Positions 18,845-26,812 of a stretch of DNA of 64,000 bases are shown piece by piece. The position numbers and the translations under genes are program-made. Each line of letters starts with the position of its first letter. Position 1 is the stretch's first letter. Where the stretch lies: the IMG/VR virus record IMGVR_UViG_3300027573_000964, one strand, 5' to 3'. This stretch comes from a virus. Below the pieces are notes generated by a model. It did no database searches. It had not been told where the DNA came from and saw only the letters and a program-made list of their open reading frames with translations.

Positions 18845-18920
18845 TGGTGGAGCTGATCGGGATCGAACCGACTACCTCCTGAATGCAAATCAGGCGCTCT
18901 CCCAGATGAGCTACAGCCCC
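18845..18920 (-). tRNA. tRNA-Ala(UGC)
   Basis: RC GGGGCTGTAGCTCATCTGGGAGAGC-GCCTGA-TTTGCAT-TCAGG...GGTTCGATCCC...CCACCA; G3:U70 Ala identity pair present. Confidence 0.9.
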
Positions 18921-18922
18921 AA

Positions 18923-19114
18923 CTATCGATTTGTTTTTAAGTAGTAAGGAATATCTAAGCCATAGCGAAGGCTTATAACAAATGATACTCCATCTTTACC
19001 GAGCATACAATTTTTAATACGCTCTACTCTATTTGAATTTAATCCACTCTTCTCATTAAAGTCAAGTCTTGGACGAAACATAAATCCATATACTGCTATC
19101 AAGTCTTTATTCAT
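18923..19114 (-). CDS. hypothetical small protein
   Basis: ORF 18923..19255 trimmed to internal Met (MNKDLIAVYG); upstream part spans tRNA-Val/tRNA-Gly. Confidence 0.4.
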   Translation of the reverse strand: MNKDLIAVYGFMFRPRLDFNEKSGLNSNRVERIKNCMLGKDGVSFVISLRYGLDIPYYLKTNR

Positions 19115-19122
19115 TTTCGCTT

Positions 19123-19197
19123 TGGTGGGACTAATAGGATTCGAACCTATGACTTCCTGCGTGTAAAGCAAGCACTCTACCGCTGAGTTATAGTCCC
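19123..19197 (-). tRNA. tRNA-Val(UAC)
   Basis: RC GGGACTATAACTCAGCGGTAGAGTG-CTTGC-TTTACAC-GCAGG...GGTTCGAATCC...CCACCA. Confidence 0.85.
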
Positions 19198-19203
19198 AAG
19201 AAT

Positions 19204-19281
19204 TGGTGCGGGATAAGGGATTCGAACCCTTACGTTCGACTTGGAAGGCCGACATGCTAAACCGTTAAACATCAACCCCGC
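19204..19281 (-). tRNA. tRNA-Gly(UCC)
   Basis: RC GCGGGGTTGATGT...-TCGGC-CTTCCAA-GTCGA...AAGGGTTCGAATCCCTT...CACCA; long D-loop. Confidence 0.8.
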
Positions 19282-19432
19282 ATTTATGATTTTCTTCATA
19301 ATGCTTTATCCATTTTCCCATAAATGAACAACGGAGTAGGTTGCATTACCTACAATCTCACTACAACTACAATAAAGATGGAAGTATTTCTTGCCATTTA
19401 TGTGTAGTTCTTCTATTTTATATTTCATCGTT

Positions 19433-19508
19433 TGGTGCGCGAAGTAGGAGTCGAACCTACAACATCTCGCTAATCGGGCGAGCGCTCTCCCAGTTGAGCT
19501 ATCCGCGC
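19433..19508 (-). tRNA. tRNA-Ile(GAU)-like; anticodon loop CCGAUUA (C33, U37 unusual)
   Basis: RC GCGCGGATAGCTCAACTGGGAGAGCG-CTCGC-CCGATTA-GCGAG...GGTTCGACTCC...GCACCA. Confidence 0.7.
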
Positions 19509-19739
19509 ATATATTCTTGGCTTAAGCCACTCAAATATAGGCTGACGGATTGCTGGGTGAGGTCTTGCCACTCCATTAATCCATCTATGCACTGTGGAAT
19601 TAGCTACTCCAAATTCATTGCCGATTTCTCTGTCAGTTATACCTAAATGCAAGCTGTATCTAATTATATCTCTAAAAACAATATCGTCAAGTATATTATT
19701 CAGTTCCAATGCATATATTATTCTAGCGAATTTTCCCAT
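19470..19739 (-). CDS. helix-turn-helix DNA-binding protein (3' end overlaps tRNA-Ile by ~39 nt)
   Basis: 89 aa; ITDREIGNEFGVANSTVHRWING = HTH. Confidence 0.5.
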   Translation of the reverse strand: MGKFARIIYALELNNILDDIVFRDIIRYSLHLGITDREIGNEFGVANSTVHRWINGVARPHPAIRQPIFEWLKPRIYARIAQLGERSPD

Positions 19740-20365
19740 AGTTCTTCGTTAGGCTTTCTTTCAGCAACTCGTTTAATCACTGCCCTAATCTCATTCCAGT
19801 TTTCACCAGTCGCTCTAATTACTTGCTCCGGGTGTTGTTCGACGAAACTTGCGTTATACTCATACGCCGGCATAATAACCATACCACGAGGACGCCAATG
19901 TAACCAGCGCTCGCAATATAACGGCCAATCGTCGATGAGTATCTTGCCATACATTAAACCCTTGTCTTCAGTAATCGTAACCGGCACATTAGGCAGATGT
20001 TCTCTACACCATTCCACTTTTTCTGTCCAAGCACCAGTAGTTTTATATGGCCCTTTAGTTAGAACATGTAGGTCAAAATTAAATTCTTTAAGTATCTCTA
20101 CAATTTTAAAACCAAGTTCAATCTTGGGTAATGTTCTCCAAAACCCAGGAACTCTTTTGATCATATCAACGGCAGGCTTATACTTATCCATGAACCATTC
20201 GCCGGTAGATTCTGGGCCAAACAACTCTGCCAGTTTATTCCTAACGGCACCTTCGTAATCACAAAGGGTCTGGTCCATATCTATAAGCGCTATATTCACT
20301 TGCTGTCTCTTCCAATTTGATAACCAACGTAACCAGAAACTAAAGCAACTAATGCTATAAAGCAA
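19718..20365 (-). CDS. HAD-superfamily phosphatase / 5'-nucleotidase-like
   Basis: 215 aa; IALIDMDQTLCDYEG = DxDxT motif I. Confidence 0.55.
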   Translation of the reverse strand: MLYSISCFSFWLRWLSNWKRQQVNIALIDMDQTLCDYEGAVRNKLAELFGPESTGEWFMDKYKPAVDMIKRVPGFWRTLPKIELGFKIVEILKEFNFDLHVLTKGPYKTTGAWTEKVEWCREHLPNVPVTITEDKGLMYGKILIDDWPLYCERWLHWRPRGMVIMPAYEYNASFVEQHPEQVIRATGENWNEIRAVIKRVAERKPNEELWENSLE

Positions 20366-20378
20366 ACTGCTACTAAAA

Positions 20379-20597
20379 TCATTTTATCTTCCATAAGTGA
20401 TAGGGCAAATATCTATCTATATAATATTGAATATCGTGGTATCTGTATGATTCTTCATACATTAATGAGTAGCCCTCATCATTATCCCACTCAATCTCTT
20501 CGTGTATGCCGGCGGCTGCGATATAAACTCTTAACTCTGATACCGGCACCTTTTTAGATAAGGCAAATTCATATACTTGTTTAATGTGTATGTTCAT
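20379..20597 (-). CDS. hypothetical protein
   Basis: 72 aa ORF. Confidence 0.45.
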   Translation of the reverse strand: MNIHIKQVYEFALSKKVPVSELRVYIAAAGIHEEIEWDNDEGYSLMYEESYRYHDIQYYIDRYLPYHLWKIK

Positions 20598-20601
20598 CGT
20601 A

Positions 20602-20680
20602 TGGTGGGCCAGGCTGGATTCGAACCAGCGACACCCCGCTCTTCAAACGGGTGCTCTACCTAAATCTGAGCTACCGACCC
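20602..20680 (-). tRNA. tRNA-Phe(GAA)
   Basis: RC GGGTCGGTAGCTCAGATTTAGGTAGAGC-ACCCGT-TTGAAGA-GCGGG...GGTTCGAATCC...CCACCA. Confidence 0.85.
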
Positions 20681-20697
20681 TCATTTGTTTTTCGATT

Positions 20698-20773
20698 TGG
20701 TGGGTCCTGTGGGAGTCGAACCCACGACCGTCAGATTAAAAGTCTGCTACTCTACCAGCTGAGTTAAAGACCC
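20698..20773 (-). tRNA. tRNA-Lys(UUU)
   Basis: RC GGGTCTTTAACTCAGCTGGTAGAGTA-GCAGA-CTTTTAA-TCTGA...GGTTCGACTCC...CCACCA. Confidence 0.85.
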
Positions 20774-20933
20774 AAATTGTTTATGAATTCTTGAAGATTT
20801 GTTTTCTTTGATACATTTTCAGTTAAATTAATATATGGTGAAATTCCATCTACATCATATACTATGCTCATCAAACGAGGTTGAACATGAAAATCTAATC
20901 TATAACTATATATATCGTGTATCCAATTTGGCA

Positions 20934-21281
20934 TTATTTTTTAACTCTACGACGAACCTTTTTGGTTTCGTTTTTAACATCTTTTTGTTTTGCTGCCCAT
21001 AATAAAAAGTTCTGTAGCGTAATTAGATGTTTAGCATTATAAGGCATTTTGGTTAAAGTTATGTGACGCATTTCTTTCGTCCAGCCTAATTGTCTTGCCT
21101 TATCAGTATATTCTAAAGCCACTTTACTTACATCATCTACAAGTTCGAGTTTCAAAGCACTTAAATATACCTGCTTAATTATTTCAAAAGCATCTTTCTC
21201 GTAATATGTAGCAAATTTAATATTCATATCATCGGCTCTGATATATCTTAACATGTCTTTGTCCATATGTATAAATGCCAT
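20934..21281 (-). CDS. hypothetical protein
   Basis: 115 aa ORF. Confidence 0.5.
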   Translation of the reverse strand: MAFIHMDKDMLRYIRADDMNIKFATYYEKDAFEIIKQVYLSALKLELVDDVSKVALEYTDKARQLGWTKEMRHITLTKMPYNAKHLITLQNFLLWAAKQKDVKNETKKVRRRVKK

Positions 21282-21294
21282 TTGTCTATTCGTT

Positions 21295-21372
21295 TGGTAG
21301 CGGAGGTTGGATTTTAACCAACGACCTCCTGGGTATGAACCAGGCGAGCTAAACGGGCTGCTCCACCCCGCT
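21295..21372 (-). tRNA. tRNA-Met(CAU) (elongator-type or Ile-lysidine type; A1:U72)
   Basis: RC AGCGGGGTGGAGCAGCCCGTTTAGCTCG-CCTGG-TTCATAC-CCAGG...GTTGGTTAAAATCCAAC...CTACCA. Confidence 0.8.
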
Positions 21373-21474
21373 ATATGTATTCTATCAGTAATCCATCTTC
21401 ACAAATTGTTAATATATATTTAGATAATGTTTTATCTATAAGATATGTCTTGTACAGCTCTCTTATTGTGATAT

Positions 21475-21747
21475 TCATTTTTTGTATGCAATTGAAAAGC
21501 GTATGGTTGAAATATCAAAGCCTCTTCGCTCCAACTCTTCTACAAATGTCGTTTCCCCGCCTCCGGTATCATACTTTACATAAGAGAAATAATGATTTAG
21601 AAGGTGGCCATCTACGCGTTGTTTCGGATGATAAAACATTACGTCTTTTTCTTTTTCTGACCAATATACCCTAAGTTTATTTTTGGGCTTTAATCTTTCT
21701 TTCATTATTTTACCAATATTCGTCGTAGTGTCCAGCAACATCCACAT
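21475..21747 (-). CDS. hypothetical protein
   Basis: 90 aa ORF. Confidence 0.45.
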   Translation of the reverse strand: MWMLLDTTTNIGKIMKERLKPKNKLRVYWSEKEKDVMFYHPKQRVDGHLLNHYFSYVKYDTGGGETTFVEELERRGFDISTIRFSIAYKK

Positions 21748-22066
21748 TTAACTTTTCTAAAGATATTTTTATCTTTCCATATACGGTAAATGTGTTAGGC
21801 TTCTTGCATCCTTCAACTCCGCCTCTGCTATCAAATCCGGCAGTAAGTTCCAAAAAGTCGATATCTTTGCAATCGTCTCGTTCTAAAGCGGTCAAAGTCG
21901 GACGCCCACCATATCTAAACCCACACAAGTAAAGTGTTTCGCCTTTATCTATCTTAATTTCCAGTTGATTGGTGTCGTAATCTCCACCATATCCGCCTGC
22001 TTTAATGCTCTTAATGCCTTTGATTTTAGATAGGCGTTGTATCATTTTGTTAGTTTGCCAGTGCAT
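21710..22066 (-). CDS. hypothetical protein
   Basis: ORF 21710..22141 (GTG-initiated in track) trimmed to internal ATG; upstream codons are the tRNA-like gene. Confidence 0.45.
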   Translation of the reverse strand: MHWQTNKMIQRLSKIKGIKSIKAGGYGGDYDTNQLEIKIDKGETLYLCGFRYGGRPTLTALERDDCKDIDFLELTAGFDSRGGVEGCKKPNTFTVYGKIKISLEKLNVDVAGHYDEYW

Positions 22067-22078
22067 TATCTTCCTATT

Positions 22079-22165
22079 TGGCGCACGAGGAATGGGTTCG
22101 AACCATCGGCCTCTCAATAGACTTTTACCTCTATCGAGCACTCTACCGGCTGAGCTACATCGTGC
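22079..22165 (-). tRNA. atypical tRNA-like gene (87 nt): canonical acceptor/D/T arms but 9-bp anticodon stem with 8-nt loop GGUAAAAG
   Basis: RC GCACGATG-TA-GCTC-AGCCGGTA-GAGT-G-CTCGATAGA-GGTAAAAG-TCTATTGAG-AGGCC-GATGG-TTCGAAC-CCATT-CCTCGTGC-G-CCA; sequence confirmed against overlapping ORF translations. Confidence 0.5.
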
Positions 22166-22176
22166 ATATTTTCGAT

Positions 22177-22251
22177 TGGTCTGGGTGGAGAATTTTGAAA
22201 TCTCGACCTCCTGTTCCCAAAACAGGCGCGCTGCCTCTGCGCCACACCCAG
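22177..22251 (-). tRNA. tRNA-Pro(UGG)
   Basis: RC CTGGGTGTGGCGCAGAGGCAGCGCG-CCTGT-TTTGGGA-ACAGG...TTCAAAA...CACCCAGACCA. Confidence 0.8.
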
Positions 22252-22695
22252 TTATATTACAGACAGTATATCTTTATACCATCCCATTTGTTTTATCGTT
22301 TTTAACCTGTGGCACATTAGACATCTAATTTCGCATTTATCTATTTCTAATTGTATCTTTTCTATACCACATCCGCTTCTGCTTAAATCGCTAACATGCC
22401 TTTCTTTATTATTTGTGTGGTCAAAATCTAAAAATATTGGGTTGTTTTCACCACAATCTACACATGGATGGCTACTAAGATATTCCCATACATATGCTGA
22501 GTTTCGTTTGACCCGTCCCTTGTGGGCCGCGACTTTAAGCTTTTTGGTTTTAGCATCAAGTTTCTTATAATGTGCCTTATCGTACTTACTGGCACAACTT
22601 CTACACCAAGGACTGAGCAAACCTGTTTTGCTGTTTCTAACACTGAAACAATTTGTATCCTTATCTGAATTACATTTGTTGCAATGTTTTAACAT
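22252..22695 (-). CDS. HNH homing endonuclease
   Basis: 147 aa; CVDCGENNPIFLDFDHTNN...CLMCHR HNH motif; sits inside tRNA cluster. Confidence 0.7.
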   Translation of the reverse strand: MLKHCNKCNSDKDTNCFSVRNSKTGLLSPWCRSCASKYDKAHYKKLDAKTKKLKVAAHKGRVKRNSAYVWEYLSSHPCVDCGENNPIFLDFDHTNNKERHVSDLSRSGCGIEKIQLEIDKCEIRCLMCHRLKTIKQMGWYKDILSVI

Positions 22696-22696
22696 A

Positions 22697-23005
22697 TTAC
22701 CTTGGAGGATGCAATAGATATAGCGCCTTTTGAGTTTCTCTTATCGCTTCCTGATATTCTTCTATTTTTGCTAATGCTTGTTGCTCTTCTGCTATATACA
22801 TCGAACCATGGTTTGTCAAGATTAAATGACGTTTTCCAGTAACATCTTCCATGACATAACCTTCACTGTCGCATTCCCAAGCGTGCCAATAGACCTTAAA
22901 CTCAAATATCTTCCTTAACTCGGTTGTTATTTGAGGCCCATCGCCATCTTTCCAGGTACAATCATATCTGTCACCATCTCTATAGGATATGCTTACATTG
23001 TTCAT
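22697..23005 (-). CDS. hypothetical protein
   Basis: 102 aa ORF. Confidence 0.5.
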   Translation of the reverse strand: MNNVSISYRDGDRYDCTWKDGDGPQITTELRKIFEFKVYWHAWECDSEGYVMEDVTGKRHLILTNHGSMYIAEEQQALAKIEEYQEAIRETQKALYLLHPPR

Positions 23006-23265
23006 TGCTTCATCCGTTGCGTAAGGGTTGTGAATTTTCCCTCTTTAACACCATCAAAAAATCTTTTAGTAAGTGCTGTGCTTTTAGCTTTTGGCATATA
23101 CATGGTGCCATGCTCATTAAGTATTAATACTTCATCAGGATTAAATATCCAATCCGGATCAGCTATTGAAACACCATCATCATAGAACCAGAACATCCAC
23201 TTGTATAAATCTATCATAGCTGGATGCATTATACTTTCCAATTTTCCGGTCCGACGCTCCACCAA
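23002..23265 (-). CDS. hypothetical protein
   Basis: 87 aa ORF. Confidence 0.45.
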   Translation of the reverse strand: MVERRTGKLESIMHPAMIDLYKWMFWFYDDGVSIADPDWIFNPDEVLILNEHGTMYMPKAKSTALTKRFFDGVKEGKFTTLTQRMKQ

Positions 23266-23423
23266 ATATCATTACATATAGTGCAGGTGAATTTATAGTC
23301 TTGAATTTTACCCTGTAATGCCTCCCAAACCTGATATACTACGCTTTTCTTACTGCACTTCAAGCAATAGTTGCCTACTTTTTCAGCAGGTTTAAGTGTT
23401 CCATCGTCTTCAATAAGGGGCAT
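23229..23423 (-). CDS. hypothetical zinc-ribbon protein
   Basis: 64 aa; CLKCSKK...CTIC. Confidence 0.4.
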   Translation of the reverse strand: MPLIEDDGTLKPAEKVGNYCLKCSKKSVVYQVWEALQGKIQDYKFTCTICNDIWWSVGPENWKV

Positions 23424-23436
23424 TAGTTTCCTCGAT

Positions 23437-23529
23437 TGGCGGAAGGCAAGAGATTCGAACTCTCATCCCCTTTTACGGGGAACTGGTTTAGCAAACCAGC
23501 GCAGCAAACCAGGTATCTGCCTACCTTCC
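23437..23529 (-). tRNA. tRNA-Ser(GCU), type II
   Basis: 93 nt; acceptor GGAAGGT/GCCTTCC, anticodon arm CTGGT-TTGCTAA-ACCAG, variable arm CCCC-GTAAAA-GGGG, T-loop TTCGAAT, CCA. Confidence 0.8.
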
Positions 23530-23532
23530 AGT

Positions 23533-23609
23533 TGGCGGGAGCATAAGGATTCGAACCCTAACTATTCGTTTTGGAGACGAACGTGCTGACCGTTAAACAC
23601 TATACTCCC
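23533..23609 (-). tRNA. tRNA-Trp(CCA)
   Basis: RC GGGAGTATAGTGTTTAACGGTCAGCACG-TTCGT-CTCCAAA-ACGAA...GGGTTCGAATCC...GCCA. Confidence 0.85.
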
Positions 23610-23947
23610 AGGTTGTTTTCTAGAAACGCCACGTAAATGTCACCATGACATTTGGTATCCGGTCTCTCTCTGGACTTGCAGAAGCACACAAGGTTTTTGC
23701 CTCGTAATTGAAGCACGGCCTGGTGAAACTGAACGCTTTCCATAACTTGTCGTTTAAGCGTTTCGCTAAAGGCTTCGGCGGCTTCACCTTGGGTGTGTTC
23801 AACATTGCAGACCAAGCATCTTCCGACTTTGTGGGGGTTTCCAAAGTATCCTGAGAGCCCTTTGCCGGCCCTACCAATATAAACGTAATCAGGATTAGAA
23901 CGCCAATTTTTCGGTGCATCTTTTATATGAATCACTTTGGTCTTCAT
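23600..23947 (-). CDS. hypothetical protein (DUF4326-like: YIGR-x-G...GYFGNP...CFC)
   Basis: 115 aa; TAG stop lies inside tRNA-Trp 5' end. Confidence 0.45.
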   Translation of the reverse strand: MKTKVIHIKDAPKNWRSNPDYVYIGRAGKGLSGYFGNPHKVGRCLVCNVEHTQGEAAEAFSETLKRQVMESVQFHQAVLQLRGKNLVCFCKSRERPDTKCHGDIYVAFLENNLGV

Positions 23948-24177
23948 TAGACTTTTTTGCTTAACTCGCTAAAATGTTGCTTAACCGAACATCCCATATA
24001 CACATCATCGAATTTACCTATCATCCCATTACCATCAGCAGATTTCTTAAACCATTTCTTATGCATTACGGCAGGGTCGGGTTTAGTATTCGGTTGTAGT
24101 GGATGGCATATACGAAGAGGCTTTACTCTTTCACCAGTGAATACCATAAAATATAACCAATACAATACATTATCCAA
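23947..24177 (-). CDS. hypothetical protein
   Basis: 76 aa ORF. Confidence 0.4.
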   Translation of the reverse strand: MDNVLYWLYFMVFTGERVKPLRICHPLQPNTKPDPAVMHKKWFKKSADGNGMIGKFDDVYMGCSVKQHFSELSKKV

Positions 24178-24367
24178 TGGAAGCTCGTTCTACTATTCCG
24201 TTTTTTATGTGCAGATTAATTCTATCTAATCTATAATCCATAGTTAGTATATAGCTACTGCCTTCGTAACTACTTACTCTTGGAACAAAACCAAGAACCT
24301 TTATGGCATATCTTGCCAGCCTCATATCAAGGCCTACTATTTGTTGGGCCAATTCTTTTGCTATCAT
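24170..24367 (-). CDS. peptidase inhibitor I78-like small protein, copy 1
   Basis: 65 aa; TMDYRLDRINLHIKNGIVERASIG resembles I78 domain (...DYRxDRLN...G.V.R..xG). Confidence 0.45.
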   Translation of the reverse strand: MIAKELAQQIVGLDMRLARYAIKVLGFVPRVSSYEGSSYILTMDYRLDRINLHIKNGIVERASIG

Positions 24368-25290
24368 ATATAAAGAGCCTTATCAGTTCGTTGTATTAAT
24401 TCGCATATCTCTTTGCCGCGTCGATTTAACTTTTTCCACTTTGACTTAAAGCCGTCAGAATCAATACCGCCAAACATTGTAGCATTGCTATGAAGCTCGG
24501 CTAAACCAACAATCAACAAAGTAGCGGCCTCTTTACGAGCAGCAAACTCTGGCACTTGCTCTGGCTTAATAGTATGAATATCCATATCCATTCTAATGAG
24601 CTTGCCAATTTGTTCATTGCCATCTAACGTCATCCAGGTTTGGTATGAAGTTTCGGCGTGGTGAAGAAAATGTTGCTTACCATCTTCATCTACAGTCAAA
24701 CAAAATGGCTTACCGCAGTCGTGGAATATTGTATATTTTTCAATATAGTATTCATCTAATAGGTGCTTTAATATAAGGTCTTTATACTCAAAGAACCAAT
24801 TGGGTAATTGCCAATCGAATTTGGGCTTATCGCCTTTCAATATACCAAGCAAATCAAATGTGTAGTCTCTAACGGATACACCATGGTCAAAGATAGTCTG
24901 TCCTTTGGTCTGAAAACAGGACGACATCTTCTTAACCAATTCTCTTGTTCGCTTTTCTTTATCGCAGGCAGCAGAGTTCTTATTTGCGTCGATTCTATAC
25001 GGATGTAATGCTACTGGAAAATTACCCTTGCAGAACTGTGTTGCTGCCTCGCTGGGCAACAAAGCAAGGGAAGTTAGGGCATTACCTATATCCGGCTCTC
25101 TAAACTCAATGTGGGCGATTTTAGAGGCCCTTAAAGCCTTCGCCGTATTGAATAGGTCTTTCTCTGTTGGCACTGATAACAAAACTATAGTATTGGAGTC
25201 TTTGTGCCACTGTCTCGTTTCTTCTGGGTATTGCATTAATAAGTCTGCTACTGCATGTGCGGACTGAACCGCCTGATAACCTACAGACAA
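24364..25290 (-). CDS. PTH2-like peptidyl-tRNA hydrolase domain fused to C-terminal domain of unknown function
   Basis: 308 aa; N-terminus GYQAVQSAHAVADLL...TIVLLSVPTEKDL...ALTSLALLP aligns with PTH2 GKxAAQxSHA...KVVLKV...IAPGS..VLGIGP. Confidence 0.55.
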   Translation of the reverse strand: MSVGYQAVQSAHAVADLLMQYPEETRQWHKDSNTIVLLSVPTEKDLFNTAKALRASKIAHIEFREPDIGNALTSLALLPSEAATQFCKGNFPVALHPYRIDANKNSAACDKEKRTRELVKKMSSCFQTKGQTIFDHGVSVRDYTFDLLGILKGDKPKFDWQLPNWFFEYKDLILKHLLDEYYIEKYTIFHDCGKPFCLTVDEDGKQHFLHHAETSYQTWMTLDGNEQIGKLIRMDMDIHTIKPEQVPEFAARKEAATLLIVGLAELHSNATMFGGIDSDGFKSKWKKLNRRGKEICELIQRTDKALYI

Positions 25291-25453
25291 ATCGTCTCTG
25301 GTTATAATATAAAGTTTATTTAACTACGTCATTTTTATATCTCCTTATAAAGTCATAGACTTTGTGATAATTAATACTTTTCCTAACACAATTGGTATAA
25401 AATATCTCTTGATTGCTAAAAAACATAAAAAGATATGTACCAATCACAAACTT

Positions 25454-25481
25454 ATTATAATACATTTTATTCATTTGTCAA
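25454..25481 (-). promoter_or_regulatory. sigma70-like promoter candidate (TTGACA-16 nt-TATAAT) reading toward gene 24364..25290
   Basis: minus-strand TTGACAaatgaataaaatgtatTATAAT in 327-nt AT-rich intergenic gap. Confidence 0.35.
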
Positions 25482-25617
25482 GGATTTTCGCTGCTTATCT
25501 ATTAGTTTTTGCCAATCCTTAATCTCATTTATGTGTTGTATATTGTTATAATACACTAATTGCCCTGTTAGTCCCAAACTATCTGCTGGCGAATCGAAAA
25601 CAAACAGATATACCATT

Positions 25618-26427
25618 TTAGGTAATAGTGTCATCTAACGCCTCTTTTAGATTTTTATATAATTCTTCGGCACCAATACATGATAGGCCTGACATTTGTC
25701 CATCGTTCAATTCAACAACCATCCAATGTCCATCTTCAGCTTGGGCCACATCTACTACCCAGAAATTAATACCACAATCTACCCGCAAAGCAATCTCTTC
25801 GAGGAACTCTTCTGGTATATCGTCTTCTGGCTTTGGATTTATAGTATCGTAGTGTTGCGACCAATAAAAACCCTTTGCTAATAGTTTTTCTTTATAGAAA
25901 AAACAACGGAACTCTTTAGTTATTGGTGCGCCAGTAACATCGTCCAATCCATAATTCTTGAACTTGGCAAACTCTCGTATGTAAATGCCCTGATGTTGTA
26001 TGAGTGAGTCATCTAATAACTTCACATATACATCCATCACATTTGCTCTGGTGGCCGCGAACATATGCGACTTCCAAAGTTGCTTGCGTGAATTGGTAGC
26101 TCCTTTAAGAACAAAAGAACCTTGTAGGTCGTGCGGAATATCAGAAGGCGCAAACCAAGTCTTAGGCGTAAGCTCTTCTAAATCTAGATACCAGTTTGCC
26201 AAGTCGGACACATATTGATGTTGCTTATAACTATTAACTAGTTGGGCGCCCACTGAATTAATATCTTTTTCGAGTTCTTCGTAGTATGGCAGAGCCGAAT
26301 AACGAGCAATTACTAACTCATCCGGCTTAATTTCCATACGAGACTCAACTACGCGAAAGTATTTTTTAGCGATATTAAGTTCATTTTCTTCTGCTAATCC
26401 AGCACGGAAAAGTATTACTGGTTTCAT
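25618..26427 (-). CDS. ATP-grasp fold protein (putative ligase)
   Basis: 269 aa; C-terminal GINFWVVDVAQAEDGHWMVVELNDGQMSGL resembles ATP-grasp G.DF.GVD....G..YVLEVN. Confidence 0.4.
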   Translation of the reverse strand: MKPVILFRAGLAEENELNIAKKYFRVVESRMEIKPDELVIARYSALPYYEELEKDINSVGAQLVNSYKQHQYVSDLANWYLDLEELTPKTWFAPSDIPHDLQGSFVLKGATNSRKQLWKSHMFAATRANVMDVYVKLLDDSLIQHQGIYIREFAKFKNYGLDDVTGAPITKEFRCFFYKEKLLAKGFYWSQHYDTINPKPEDDIPEEFLEEIALRVDCGINFWVVDVAQAEDGHWMVVELNDGQMSGLSCIGAEELYKNLKEALDDTIT

Positions 26428-26536
26428 TTACAGACCCTCATCATGTCCCAGACCCAATATTGGTTATCTATTAGTTTATAAGGCATCTGCCATTTGGGCG
26501 TTAAGAACATATAGTAGGCAACCTTCACCTTATCCA

Positions 26537-26806
26537 TCATTCTTTTTTAGAATCTTTTTCACTGGCTGCTTTAAGAAATGTATTTAGGTCTTCGCCTTTT
26601 AACAAATCTGCCAGCATCTTATTTCTTTCTTCCGCTGTAGCATCATTAACTTCGACTTGCTTTATGCCTCTTTCCAACAAAGAAATAACCACTAGGTGTT
26701 CATTGTAGTGTCTATCGCATATTGGGACTTTTAGTTGAGCACTAAACATTAGCCGTTCGCTTGCACTTCCTGCGCAAGTGGTGCCCATATTCCATACACA
26801 ATTCAT
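26537..26806 (-). CDS. small conserved protein, paralog family A, copy 3
   Basis: 89 aa; CVWNMGTTCAGS...VPICDRHYNEH. Confidence 0.6.
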   Translation of the reverse strand: MNCVWNMGTTCAGSASERLMFSAQLKVPICDRHYNEHLVVISLLERGIKQVEVNDATAEERNKMLADLLKGEDLNTFLKAASEKDSKKE

Positions 26807-26812
26807 TCTTCG

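Noticed and set aside
22458-22643. Minus-strand ORFs nested in another frame inside larger genes (22458..22643 in the HNH gene; 23620..23919 in 23600..23947; 48364..48546 in the Gly/Ser-repeat gene; 42811..43077 overlapping 42788..43027)
   Set aside because: These are alternative-frame artefacts. The translations are repetitive or basic low-complexity sequence (e.g. poly-V/A from a GGT repeat), and the host ORF in each case has the better protein-like sequence.
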